A DNA stretch of 64,000 nucleotides from Cyanophora paradoxa CCMP329. Lineage: Eukaryota > Plantae > Glaucophyta. The notes under the pieces were generated by a model that had not been told where the DNA came from, made no database searches, and saw nothing but the letters and a program-made list of their open reading frames with translations. The stretch lies in contig QPMI01000250.1 in NCBI GenBank assembly GCA_004431415.1, positions 53,875 through 117,874 of the forward strand. Reading direction: 5' to 3'. Position numbers and translations under genes: made by a program. Position 1 is the stretch's first letter. Each line of letters begins with the position of its first letter. Below are positions 1 to 9,827 of the stretch, piece after piece.

Positions 1-3000
1 CGTGTTTCCAGTCTGCAGTGCGACCACAGCGCCAAACCTCTTGCGCAAGTCGATTATTGAGCGCATGCAGCTGGTCGCGCAGTTGCTCGGGATAGGAGGG
101 CTCGACATAGAGAGTATGTTCCCCAGAGAAGTCCCAGATTTGGTAGTTAAAACGGAAGCCGAGACGGAAGAGCAACGTGAAAGTGAAATCACGCTCATAG
201 TACGTGTCTTTCTTATACCAGGGGTGCATGATTGGCATACGCAGGAAATCCCAGGCGCAGCGGGGCCTCCTGACATCGAAGATAGTCCGCCAGGCTTCGA
301 AGATGGCAAAGAACGGGTCAGCAGGCGGAGGCCACAATGGCTTCACCAAGCGATCAGTCCTGTTGAGAAAAGGAAGCCAGAGCCCAAAGCCACCGTTTTC
401 CGTGAACGCCTCAATAATTTCTCGACCAGGAAGAGATGCCGGGGAAGCAAGCCACGATTCCAAAGAGTTTGCGGCAAAGGCCAGCTGGAAGTGTTCGGGG
501 GAGGGCGCTCCGAGACCGCCGAGAGATACAGGTCGACACGAAGCAGTGGTCATGCCCTGATGAGGTAAGATGAACGCATCGGAATTTGAAGAACGTTTCC
601 AGACAAAGGTCTGTAAATTCTTTGAAATAGCCCGGAGGATCTTAGGAGGTGCTGGAACCGCACGGATATAAAAGCTTAAGACCCCTGACAAAAAGCATAG
701 GCGATGCGACCCCGTCCAAGAAGGGACGACTGGAAATCGACAGCTGTCTCCATAAAGAAGGTCGCTTTATGCTGAATCATGTTCCAAGACGGATGGTGCT
801 CGCGATCAAGAAGGAGCTGATGAGGGAAACCGAGCTGCTTATGACAAGCAGGATCAAGCTCAGCGACGCGGAGAACAGGGAATGGCAAGGGATCGGACGG
901 ATCGAAATCCAATGGTGAGGCAGCCGGTTCCCTTAGAACAATAGCAAGAGATTTCTCGATAGAGAGATGTTGACCAGAGAGTGGTTTGAAAGAGGCAAAA
1001 CGTGCGTGGATAGCTAAGAGAGAGTCACGTAGAGAGAGCCCCTGGGCGCGGAGCAGGAATAGCTGATAAATATCGTCAGCAAACTGGACAAGGGGGTGCC
1101 AACAGGGCGGGGTATATCAGTGAGTGAGAGCAAGAGAGAACGTAGAGGGCTGATCGAGAGAATGAAGGAAACTGGGCTCCAGGGACCACCTTGAATGGTG
1201 CCCACAAGACGTGAGAACACAGAAGAGAATAGCCCATTCGCAAATACACGTGCACGGAGGGGAGCTCGAGGGTTGTACAGACAGTGGTGCATTCTTCGGA
1301 TAAGCCAGGGCCATTGTTGCACATGGAGAACGAGCGCCATAATAACCCAAAGCAACAGATCGTAGGCAGACTTAAGATCAGAGTCAAACCCGATAACACA
1401 GTCATAATTGGCGTAGCGGATGCGTGTATACGTTGCCAGCACTGCAAAGACATTTTTATGAACGTCCCGACCTTGTACGAAACCGAACTGATCTTCAGGA
1501 ATGATGAGTTGTAAGATCGGATTGGCTACTGTGACCATAGTCCGTTCGAACAAGCGCAAGAGTGTGTTAGAAACTCCAATAGGTCGGTATTTCGAAGCAT
1601 CAGTGGGCAAGCCTGACCGCTTCCAGATGAAAGTGTATGTCAAGTCGCGCATAAAGTCAGGGAGGAAGCCTTGAACAGCGATCTTTTGAAAGTAGGCAGC
1701 CAGGAAAACAGACCAGGGCTTTGTGTGCATCTTAAAAATGCCAACGGGAATTCCATCAGGACCTGGTGCCCCATGGGCATACGCTTTACTAATAGAGAAC
1801 GCTACGTCGTCAGGAGAGATATTAGTCTGAGTGCGCCAAACAGGCCCTGAGGCGGGACAATCCCCTGAACATGGGGCAAGATATCGTCCACAAATTGTTG
1901 AATGAAAGCAGCAGCGGAGGGATTATCCGGAGACGCCGGAAGGAGGATATCAACAGTAGGGTCCTCGGGGGGTTCAGGAGGGGGGCAGAGAGCGTCGAGG
2001 ATAGAGGTCTGAGTCAACAGGAAAGCAGGGGTAGGAGCGCCCAGTTCTACAAGCTTTCTAGCCAAATAGTTCGCAACCGCGCCAGGCTCAACAGTGATAA
2101 CAGTGGGACCATCCGAGGTGAAGTGCAGCGGCGGGGGGACAATGGAGGAGGGCTTGGCGAGCCGCGCCCAGTCACGCTTAGAGCCGCTTTCGAATGTAAG
2201 CCGGTGCTGAAGCCTGGCAAGCTGACGATTGCTGAGAGAGACCTTCTTCTGAAGTTCGCGCAGGGATTCAAGCCGCTGGGTGCGCTCGCGGTACAGCGCG
2301 ACAGCATCGGAGCCGGGCGGCAAGCGGTAGATCTTCATTTCAACGTCGCCCAGCGCTTTGTACGCCGCGCGCTCATGCGTATAGAGCTTGCTTATCACAT
2401 GTGCTCTGTGCTTACGCGCCATCTTGCAGAGCCGCTTGGAGAACGAGCGCCATGTGTCATCGAAGACAGCAGCATCCGTAACTACCTCGCCTTCACCACG
2501 CGCTTGAATGATAGTGTCCAGAAATTGGGTCAAGTGCGTTTCCGTGCGCTTGCGCAGAGCAGGGTCGAGGCAGACTGGATCGCCGCGCTGAGAATACTGT
2601 CCGGGCAGGTTGCTGACGAAATCATACGGGAACGCTTGCACGCGGGACCGGGGCAAATGACGGTGCACACGAGGGCCTGAAAAGGAGAGAACAAGAATGC
2701 GGTGGTCCAGCTGAAGATGGAGTGCATCGGATGGCGCTAGGAGCGAGTAAGTGGCAAGGCGACGCTGGAACCACTTGGTTGCAAGAGCAAAGTCGAGGCG
2801 CGAGTTTACAGCTTTAAGGCTAACAATTCGTGAATAAGTTGGGGCAAAAGCTGAGGCAGTTCCGCCGGCAGGAGGCGGTGGAGCATGGTTCGCAAGATCA
2901 TCAAGCTGGTGGGAAGTCATCGTTGTGTGAAGGTACGAGCGCTGCAGGGAATTAGGCTTCGGGGTGCGGTGATTCCAGTCTCCGATCAGAAGCATAGGCA

Positions 3001-3481
3001 CAGTAGCGGAGAGATACCCAGCCTGCACACAAGATTGCCACCATTCACGGCGGTCCCTGTTATCACTAGCAGGGGCATAGACACAAGCCAAGAGTACGGT
3101 CGTAGCAGGGAAGGAACCCGACGCCTTGTACGCAACAGAGACCGAAATAAAACGTCCATCAGAGTCCTGACGAGCAAGTGTAACCTCGTGCTGTGCAGCA
3201 AAGAAGGGCGTGACCATTATGGCAACACCAGTGGAGCGGGATTGAGTAGGAGCAGAGTGGAAGAACGGGCCTCGCCAGGCAGCTGCAATCTTTTCAAGTT
3301 TTCCCAAAGGGTGACCAGCGTCATCAAATTCCCGTAACTTAGTTTCCTGTAAGCAGAGGATGTCTATCTTGTGAGCAACGGCAAACTTCCTGCAACGTTC
3401 CACAAAGTTCTGCAGCTTGCTGGGACTATTGAGCCCGCCCACATTTAATGATGCAATGTTAACCAAACTTAATCAGGCCAT
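1..3481 (-). pseudogene. LINE ORF2 (APE-RT), disrupted
   Basis: ATG at 3481 followed by in-frame TGA at codon 3 (ATG GCC TGA TTA AGT TTG GTT AAC); frameshifts near 1830, 1100 and 1020 separate the APE, RT and FADD segments. Confidence 0.85.
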
Positions 3482-4041
3482 GGCGGTGCACGAAGGCGGT
3501 GAATGTGGGGCAGCGGGGCAATCCCAGCAATGAAGGGAAATGCAATGCTCTCCAGATGAAAGCCGAGGACCCGAGAGCTTAGCCCGGCATCAGCTTCGAG
3601 AAGGACTGAGTGCGCAGCTAGCACGGCAGCAGCTCCGAGAAGTACGATCCGAGTAACGGTAACTGGCCGCGTCGACGTCTGCACATGGCGAGAGCTGAGC
3701 CGGGCGTACGCATGACATAGAATGTACCGAGCTTGTGTGCGACAGGAGCTGGAGGCGGGAGCACAGCTGCCGGATGACGCCGCGCGGACGTCAAAGACGA
3801 AGAGCATGTTGGTGGACAGGAGTCTCGCGAATCCGGCTGCCGCAAGGAGTTCAAGGCAGCGCGCACGGGAATGCGCAGGCAAAGCGACAGGGATAGGTGC
3901 CCGAAGGACAGGAATAGGTGCCTCGCGGCAGATTGCAGGTGCCCAAGGGCAGGAGAGTCTCAGAACGACGCATAAGACAAGGATAAGTGCGCACCACGCT
4001 CCGCGCTGCTGCTGCTGTGCTGTTGCGTGCCTCGCCAGCAA
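3469..4041 (-). CDS. Possible ORF1 of the LINE (no recognisable domain)
   Basis: 190-aa ORF directly upstream of and overlapping the ORF2 start; supported by position only. Confidence 0.3.
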   Translation of the reverse strand: MLARHATAQQQQRGAWCALILVLCVVLRLSCPWAPAICREAPIPVLRAPIPVALPAHSRARCLELLAAAGFARLLSTNMLFVFDVRAASSGSCAPASSSCRTQARYILCHAYARLSSRHVQTSTRPVTVTRIVLLGAAAVLAAHSVLLEADAGLSSRVLGFHLESIAFPFIAGIAPLPHIHRLRAPPWPD

Positions 4042-4845
4042 GTTACCTAGACTCTCTCAGAGTCCGACGGTCTGAGAGCCCCACACTCAGTGACTGTTTC
4101 CCGGGTCCGACGGTCCTTCGAATTCGAAGGCTTCCAGCCTTACCTCTCGAGCTCAAATCAAGAAGGAGGGCCCATGAACGAAGTAGGAAGCCCCCTGAAA
4201 TACGTCGTTCATGAACACTAACTACAATCCAGTCTCTTCTTGTAGGCAACCTAAAGAAGAGTATGTATAAGACAGCCTCCGGAGGAAGAAGAAGAAGAGT
4301 ATAGCCACCGGAGGAGGCTACGTAAAAAAAAAGCTACCCCGTGCCCGAGGAGGGAGAGAGAGAGAGAAATGCAGTAGACACATCCACGCCAGCAAGACTG
4401 GGTATATAACTGCACTTTTTGACATTTGACCACTTCTGCCCAAAGTCCTACCCAAACTTTGGCCCCGAATGGGACGTGCAAGGCCCGTCAGGAGAGAGAG
4501 AGAGCAAGTAAAAGACACGCCCACGCCAGCAAGACTGGGTATGACAGAACCGCAGAGGCCCCTAAAGGAGCTTGCAAGGCCCGTCAGGGACCCACTAGCG
4601 TGGGGAGTGAGTGGAGCCATGTACAGGACCCTGGGCCACCACCCCCAGGGCGCCAGCAGAATGAAAAGGCAACCCATGTGGACACCCGACGGCGCCACAT
4701 AGGAAGAGCCTGAATCCCCGTGACAGCCCGCTCCCTGTCGGGCATTCTCAAGCTCGTGGTATATGTCGGCCCTGAGGGGGGTGGTCAGCGCGCACGCTCG
4801 TGGCCTAGACTAGGACTAGGACTAGGACTAGGGGACTAGGGTGGA

Positions 4846-5040
4846 CTAGGGGCTCGCGGGGGGAGCTCGAGGGTGGGGGGTGAACCAGCCTAAGCACCAG
4901 GTGCATGCCTCGCGATCGGGCTCGCTGCGCAGGCTGCACATGAAGAAGGGTCGGTTTTGGTTCTGGCCCTCCTTCCTGATTTGAGCTCGAGAGGTAAGGC
5001 GGGGGTGGGGGTGGGGGTGGGGGGGGGGGGCGGGTGGGGG

Positions 5041-5071
<31 letters not shown>

Positions 5072-5145
5072 TGGGGGGCGAACCTGACAGGCTTCACCCG
5101 CATTGGAATTCCACAGTCACAGTTGGGGTTCTTGATCTTGGCAGC
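4846..5145 (-). pseudogene. GRF-type zinc-finger gene fragment with one poly-C intron
   Basis: Removing the GTTCGC..ATCAG intron gives NPNCDCGIPMRVKPVRKEGQNQNRPFFMCSLRSEPDREACTW, matching the zf-GRF pattern CxCG...RKEGxNxGRxFxxC...C; upstream end abuts a repeat. Confidence 0.65.
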
Positions 5146-5186
5146 GCGGGCGGGGGCGGGAGCGGGGGCAGGGGCGGCGCTGGTTT

Positions 5187-5258
5187 GAAGAAGAAGAAGA
5201 GTATGTATAAGACACGCGTACGCCCAAGCTGGTTGTGTGGTTTTGACGAAAGGCGAAG
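5187..5258 (-). repeat. Dispersed repeat end with (TTC)n tail (retroelement 3' end-like); further copies at 4254-4274 and 50496-50561
   Basis: (gaa)4gagtatgtataagacacgc..ccaagc.ggttgtg.ggttttgacgaaaggcgaag is shared between 5187 and 50496 with unrelated flanks. Confidence 0.7.
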
Positions 5259-5474
5259 GACCCGAAGGCCCGAAGCACAATCAACAGCTTGATGTTGTGT
5301 GGTGTGGTGTGGTGTGATGTGGTGTGGTGTGGGGTGGTGCCCCCAGTCGACGTCCAGCCCCACTTGAGCAGAATGCACCAATAAGAGACGGAAAGGAAGC
5401 CTGAAGATGTGTAAGGAGCAGTGGAGTTATAGGAGGGTGGTAGTGTGACAAGCCCCACAAAGGCATCCTGCCTC

Positions 5475-5556
5475 GAGCAGGTGGCCGAGTGGTCTAAGGC
5501 GTTGGTTTTAGGCACCAATCTCCCCGGAGGCGCGGGTTCAAATCCCGTCCTGCTCA
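5475..5556 (+). tRNA. tRNA-Leu (anticodon TAG)
   Basis: Full cloverleaf: GAGCAGG/CCTGCTC-A acceptor, A-box TGGCCGAGTGG, anticodon stem TTGGT/ACCAA with loop TT-TAG-GC, long variable arm, GGTTCAAATCC B-box, TTTT Pol III terminator at 5557-5560. Confidence 0.95.
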
Positions 5557-5649
5557 TTTTCATGTTCTGGGCACTAACCACTGAGCATTTCCTTTTGGCA
5601 CCTTTTCCCGACCTTTTTGCCCTTTTCCAGGCAGTTGGGGCCATTTGCA

Positions 5650-5684
5650 TATCAGGGACTAACGTGTGCAACCCCCCCCCCCGG
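5650..5684 (+). repeat. Left terminal inverted repeat
   Basis: TATCAGGGACTAACGTGTGCAACCCCCCCCCCCGG; 15/21 identical to the reverse complement of the right end, followed by the same C-tract; preceded by TSD TTTGCA. Confidence 0.75.
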
Positions 5685-5721
5685 TATACGTCAATTCAAA
5701 CTCGGCGGCAAATTTTTGAAC

Positions 5722-8700
5722 ATGGCGGCACCGGCGGCACCCGCGGCGGGCTCCGTGCCCGCGGGAGAAATCGAACGTGTCGTGATCCACAGGAAGGGCA
5801 GCCCGGATGCGCCGCCTGTGCATTTCAAGCCGGACATGCTCAACGCCCGCCCCGTTGACGTTGTCCTGCGGCTGCTCAAGACGACTGTGTTTCAGAATCT
5901 GGACGCCGAGAACATGGAATTCGTGCTCGAGAAGCGCCACGACGGCACGTCGGAGGAGCTCGAAGACATCAGCCTCCTGTGCTCCACCTCGGGCTGGAAG
6001 ACGGGCAAGCAGGGCGTCTACTACACGGCAATGGGTGCGCGTGCTCACGCTAACCGCCGCCCGCGCTAACCGCTCGGCGCGCAGACGACCAGCCCGAGGT
6101 CGCCGCGCCGGCCGAGCCCGCCCAACGGGCGGCCACCTTCGGGGTCCGGTTTAGCGGCCGCTCCAGTCAGGGCCTTGCGGACGCGGTCGCGAGCTCGGGG
6201 CGCGGTGCGCTCGCAATCGCCGCCATGTCGATTCAAATTTTGGCGCCCAACTGACATTCAAATTTTGGCGCCACGCGCACAGGCTCGGGCGGGCCCACGA
6301 TCGTGCGCCCGCATCCTCGCGTCGCCATGCGATCCTCCTCACGCTATACGCGCAGCCGGAGGGGTTCGACCCCTCGGCAAGGTGGCCCCTCGCGCCCAGG
6401 TGACGACGAATGCGAAGGCCAAGGCCGCCGCGGCCGCGGTCACTCAGAAAGAGAAGGTCATGGCTGCGGCGGGTGCCGCGGTGAAGAGCGGAAAGGGAAT
6501 CGAGGCAGTCAAGCCTACGCCCTTCTCATTCGCGACCTACGCCCCGGCCGCGGACGCGGCCTGGAAGCCTCTCCACGACATGCTCGCGATCCTCGGGAAG
6601 AGTTCCGCACCGAGTGCGTCGCGATCCTCGGCTCGTTGCTTCCGTGATTGCGCGGGTCTTCCTTTCGAACCTGATCGCGCGTCTTCGTCGCAGTACACAT
6701 CCTGAGCGAGGAGATTTTCGTGAACTACTTCGACCCGAAGGGCTTCGAGATGGCGCGGAACATCACGAACCGCAGCGCGAACCAGCCGGAGTGGGGAACA
6801 CGCTGACTGTTGCCACGGCTGTCATCACCGAGATCGTGGATCCGAGCAACCCCGCGAAGAAGATGCATGTCGTCCCCTGGACAACATCGAGAAGATGTGG
6901 GTCATGCAGGTTAGCCGCCTAGCAGCATGCATTGCGTCCTCTTCTTCCCCATCCCACCTCTTCCTTTTTTCCTTCTTTCTCTGTGCTCACTGCATGCTTT
7001 TTGAACACCCGCAGGACCCTGTCAGCATGCAGGACTGGAACCTCTTCGTGAACAAGCACTTGGCCAAACCGACTGGCCAGCACATCATCTTCATGGGCGA
7101 ACCCACCGCCAAGATTGTCAGGGACGTGCGTGCATGCCCTTTGATTCCTCTTCTCTGGCCTCTAGAGCACACTGACCGCTTGCTTTCGAGCAGTTCGTAA
7201 ACAAGAAGGCTGAATTGGCCGCCCGCCGGAGCCGTGGTGTGGCCGACTTCCAGGAGCCCCGGTACAACGTCGTCTTCAAGCTCGGGACGTCCGGGAAGGA
7301 TCCAACGACCATCACAATCGAGATCGAAGGCATGCTTGATCCGCACCCCTACACGCAGCTCGCTGGTCTGTGCTCCTTTCTCCTTTCTTGGCTTGTGCTC
7401 CTTTCTGTAAAGGTCCCTCTTCAGTCTAACCTTAGCACCTGCTCTTCTATCTGCAGATGCATTCTCAGCGTTCATGACGAAGAAGCTGAACGCTGAGGAG
7501 CCCCTGGAAGTGTACAAGATGTTCGTCCCCAACAAGCCGCCGAAGGGCGCGGGCCGGCGGCCCAACAACTTCCAGGACGCCGTGAATGAAATCACCCCTG
7601 ACAACTTCCCAGTGTCCAGTGCGTTGTGCTCTCCTGGCACCCGATGCACCGCGCCCTTCTCTGATGCATGTGCCCCGTGCAGAGCTCACCGAGGTGATGG
7701 CCTACGAGGCGAACTGCAACTACATCGGTGTGGTGCTCACATCGATGTACTTCGAGCGGGGGTCGCAGCATGCCATCCTGCGGACGATGACTACGCCCGA
7801 AAAGGTTCTCAGACTGCCCTTCCTGCTTAGTTCCCCTCTGTCCACCGAATCTCACTCTGGTGCTGAGCAGAAATACTCCCTCAACCGCAAGGACCCGGAG
7901 CGGCTGGTCAATCCCACGTCGGGCGGCGCCCTCCTGCAGTCGTATGTCAACGGCATTGCAATGTGCCACGCCGCCATGTTCCACAAGATGTGCCCCACCG
8001 ACGTCCTCAAGCTGCGGGACGGCATGACTCGCCCGCTCTCGGTCTGTGACAGCTCAGGCTCCAACCCAACCCTTGCAGGGACTGCCTGACTCTTGCAGCA
8101 GCTCCGCATCGAGGATGCCCATCGGGAGCTCGTGAACCTGGAGCTGCGGCCGTACGTCGTCCCGGAGGACAAGCTCGAGGACGCGATGAAGGATGCCCGC
8201 AACGGTACGCCCGTTTCTGCCCTCGCCGTCCCCTGTCTCATGCTTCTGGAGCAGGGAAGTCTGCTTTCCTCGTCCATCCTTGCAGTGTTTGCGGCTACAA
8301 GCGCATCGGCAACCCGGAGCACGACGAAATTGTGGAGAAGTTCAGCAGGACCAGCAAGCACGTCTTCGTCTGCGACTGGCTCGGCTACAAGTGCTACCAG
8401 GGGCCCTGCTTCGGCGTGTGCCGGCAGGGGTCCAAGGACTTCTGCCACTGCGAGGAGGAGGACGGGCCCGTGGAGGACGTGGAACACGTGGAGAAAACGC
8501 CGGCGCCTCCGAAGCGGGGCCGGCGGTCCAAGACGGAGAAGGAGGCAGCAGCCCAGGCCCTCCCTGCGGCCCCGCCCTCCCTGACCCAAGCTCGGCTCCT
8601 CCTCTTCCGATCCCCTCCCTCTCGACACCCCGGCCGCCTCGAGCTCCCGTCCGGCGGCGGAGGGTTCGCGCAAGCGTGCCCGCACGATGAACTACGCCGT

Positions 8701-8769
8701 CCTCGCCAGCGGCGGGCTCGACCTGGAGGCCGCAAAGGAGAAGGCGCAGCAGGAGAAGGGCAGCAGTAG
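5722..8769 (+). CDS. Multi-exon cargo protein; C-terminal half resembles a divergent alpha-kinase (eEF2K/MHCK family)
   Basis: Spliced reading: YFERGSQHAILRT (cf. F-x-x-G-x-x-R-x-A-Y), AMCHAAMFHK (cf. AxxLAxxFN), LRPYV, EKFSRTSKHVFVCDWLG (cf. FSH..LLVxDLQG), C-terminal Cys/His cluster; many GT-AG introns; 1-2 apparent frameshifts. Confidence 0.5.
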
Positions 8770-9180
8770 TTGCTCTGAAGTAGCTGCTAGCTCTGCACAG
8801 CAGTAGCTGCAGATAGCCTGTGCTCTTGGTAGGATTTTATTTTCCTTCATGTCCATTCCGAGCTCTCCCGCTGGGCTCGCAACTCTATATATGTATCCAT
8901 GTGTTTGCTATCTATAGTAATGTGCTGTCTATCGCTGTGTATGTATCTATGTCGGCTGTTTATCGCTGTGTATGTATTTGTGTGCAATCTGGATTGATTT
9001 CGTATGTGTGCCTGCGCTCTCCTCTCTGCGTGCCTGGCCATGCATGCATCCCTTCAAGGTTCCCTTCCCAAGTTGACAACAACATCTCGTGTTCAGAGCA
9101 CGACTCAGCGACACGTTCACAGAGCTTCACGCGGAACAGGAAGCGCCGCGGGAGGGGAGCGACCCCCGCACGGCTAGCGC

Positions 9181-9784
9181 CTAGCGCCAGCAGTTGCGGC
9201 AGCGAGCGCCCTCCTTGTTGTACTTGGGGTCCGAGGCCCGGAGCGCCTCCTCCGAGCTGAACTCGGGCCAGAGGATCTTCCCCTTCATCTGCGCGCACCG
9301 CCTTTAGCTACTGAGTGCCTCAAAGCCGGGCACGCGAGCTGTACGCACGCGGAGGGCCGGGCACGTCGGGTTCTGGCCCGAGACCTTGGAGACCTTGTGG
9401 ATCTTGCCCGTCGACGGACTCCCGGTGTACTTCTCGTTCGGTGGAGGAGGAGATGCGTTGCGCCGAGCTTGCGCGCGGCGGGCTGCGGGGGCGCAGGGCG
9501 CTGACCTAGCTCGGCGCGGATGGCGGTTCAAAACGAGGACGCGCCACGGGCGACGGCGGCCGCGTACCTTCCTCGACTTCCGTCTTTATCGTGCGCACCT
9601 CCACCGTGAGCGCCTCCAGCTGCCGCTGGAGGTCGGCGATGAGCTCGCGTTCGGAGGGAGCGGCGCCCGCAGCGGACGCCGGCTCGGGGGCTGCTGCAGG
9701 CCGCCGGAAAGTGAACTCCTTGCCGCGAAGCGGCCCGGACTCAAAGACGCCGGCCGCGGCAGGTGCCGGGTTGCGCGAGTCCAT
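9181..9784 (-). CDS. Small coiled-coil + Ada-type Zn-binding domain protein (3 exons)
   Basis: Spliced: ...IADLQRQLEALTVEVRTIKTEVEE...YTGSPSTGKIHK...CPALRMKGKILWPEFSSEEALR...GARCRNCWR*, matching the Ada_Zn_binding pattern Y-x-G-S..G-K-x-H..C....F-x-S-x-E-A...G-x-R-x-C-x-x-C. Confidence 0.55.
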
Positions 9785-9827
9785 GGGTTTGACGGCGTCG
9801 TCAAGCCAGGGGGTACGCGTCGTTACC

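Larger units (their letters stand above)
1..4080 (-). mobile_element. Degenerate non-LTR retrotransposon (L1/Tx1-like; APE endonuclease + reverse transcriptase); 3' part runs off window start, 5' boundary approximate
   Basis: Minus-strand APE motifs (IASLNVGGLN, ILCLQET, CVYAP, LIGDWN, SRLDF, LDHR); RT motifs APGPDGIP, YRPIGVSN, QFGF..GR, DLKSAYD, GTIQGGPWSP, QFADD, LSGQHLSIEKS; C-terminal CRPVSLGGLG; no introns. Confidence 0.93.

Noticed and set aside
4805-4852. (GGACTA)n run as a telomeric repeat
   Set aside because: Short, degenerate and interstitial; not a recognisable telomere unit
5230-5290. Hammerhead-ribozyme-like string ttgacga..cgaagcac
   Set aside because: Lacks the exact CUGANGA and GAAA cores and a stem I; the second copy (50540) diverges right after gaaaggcgaag
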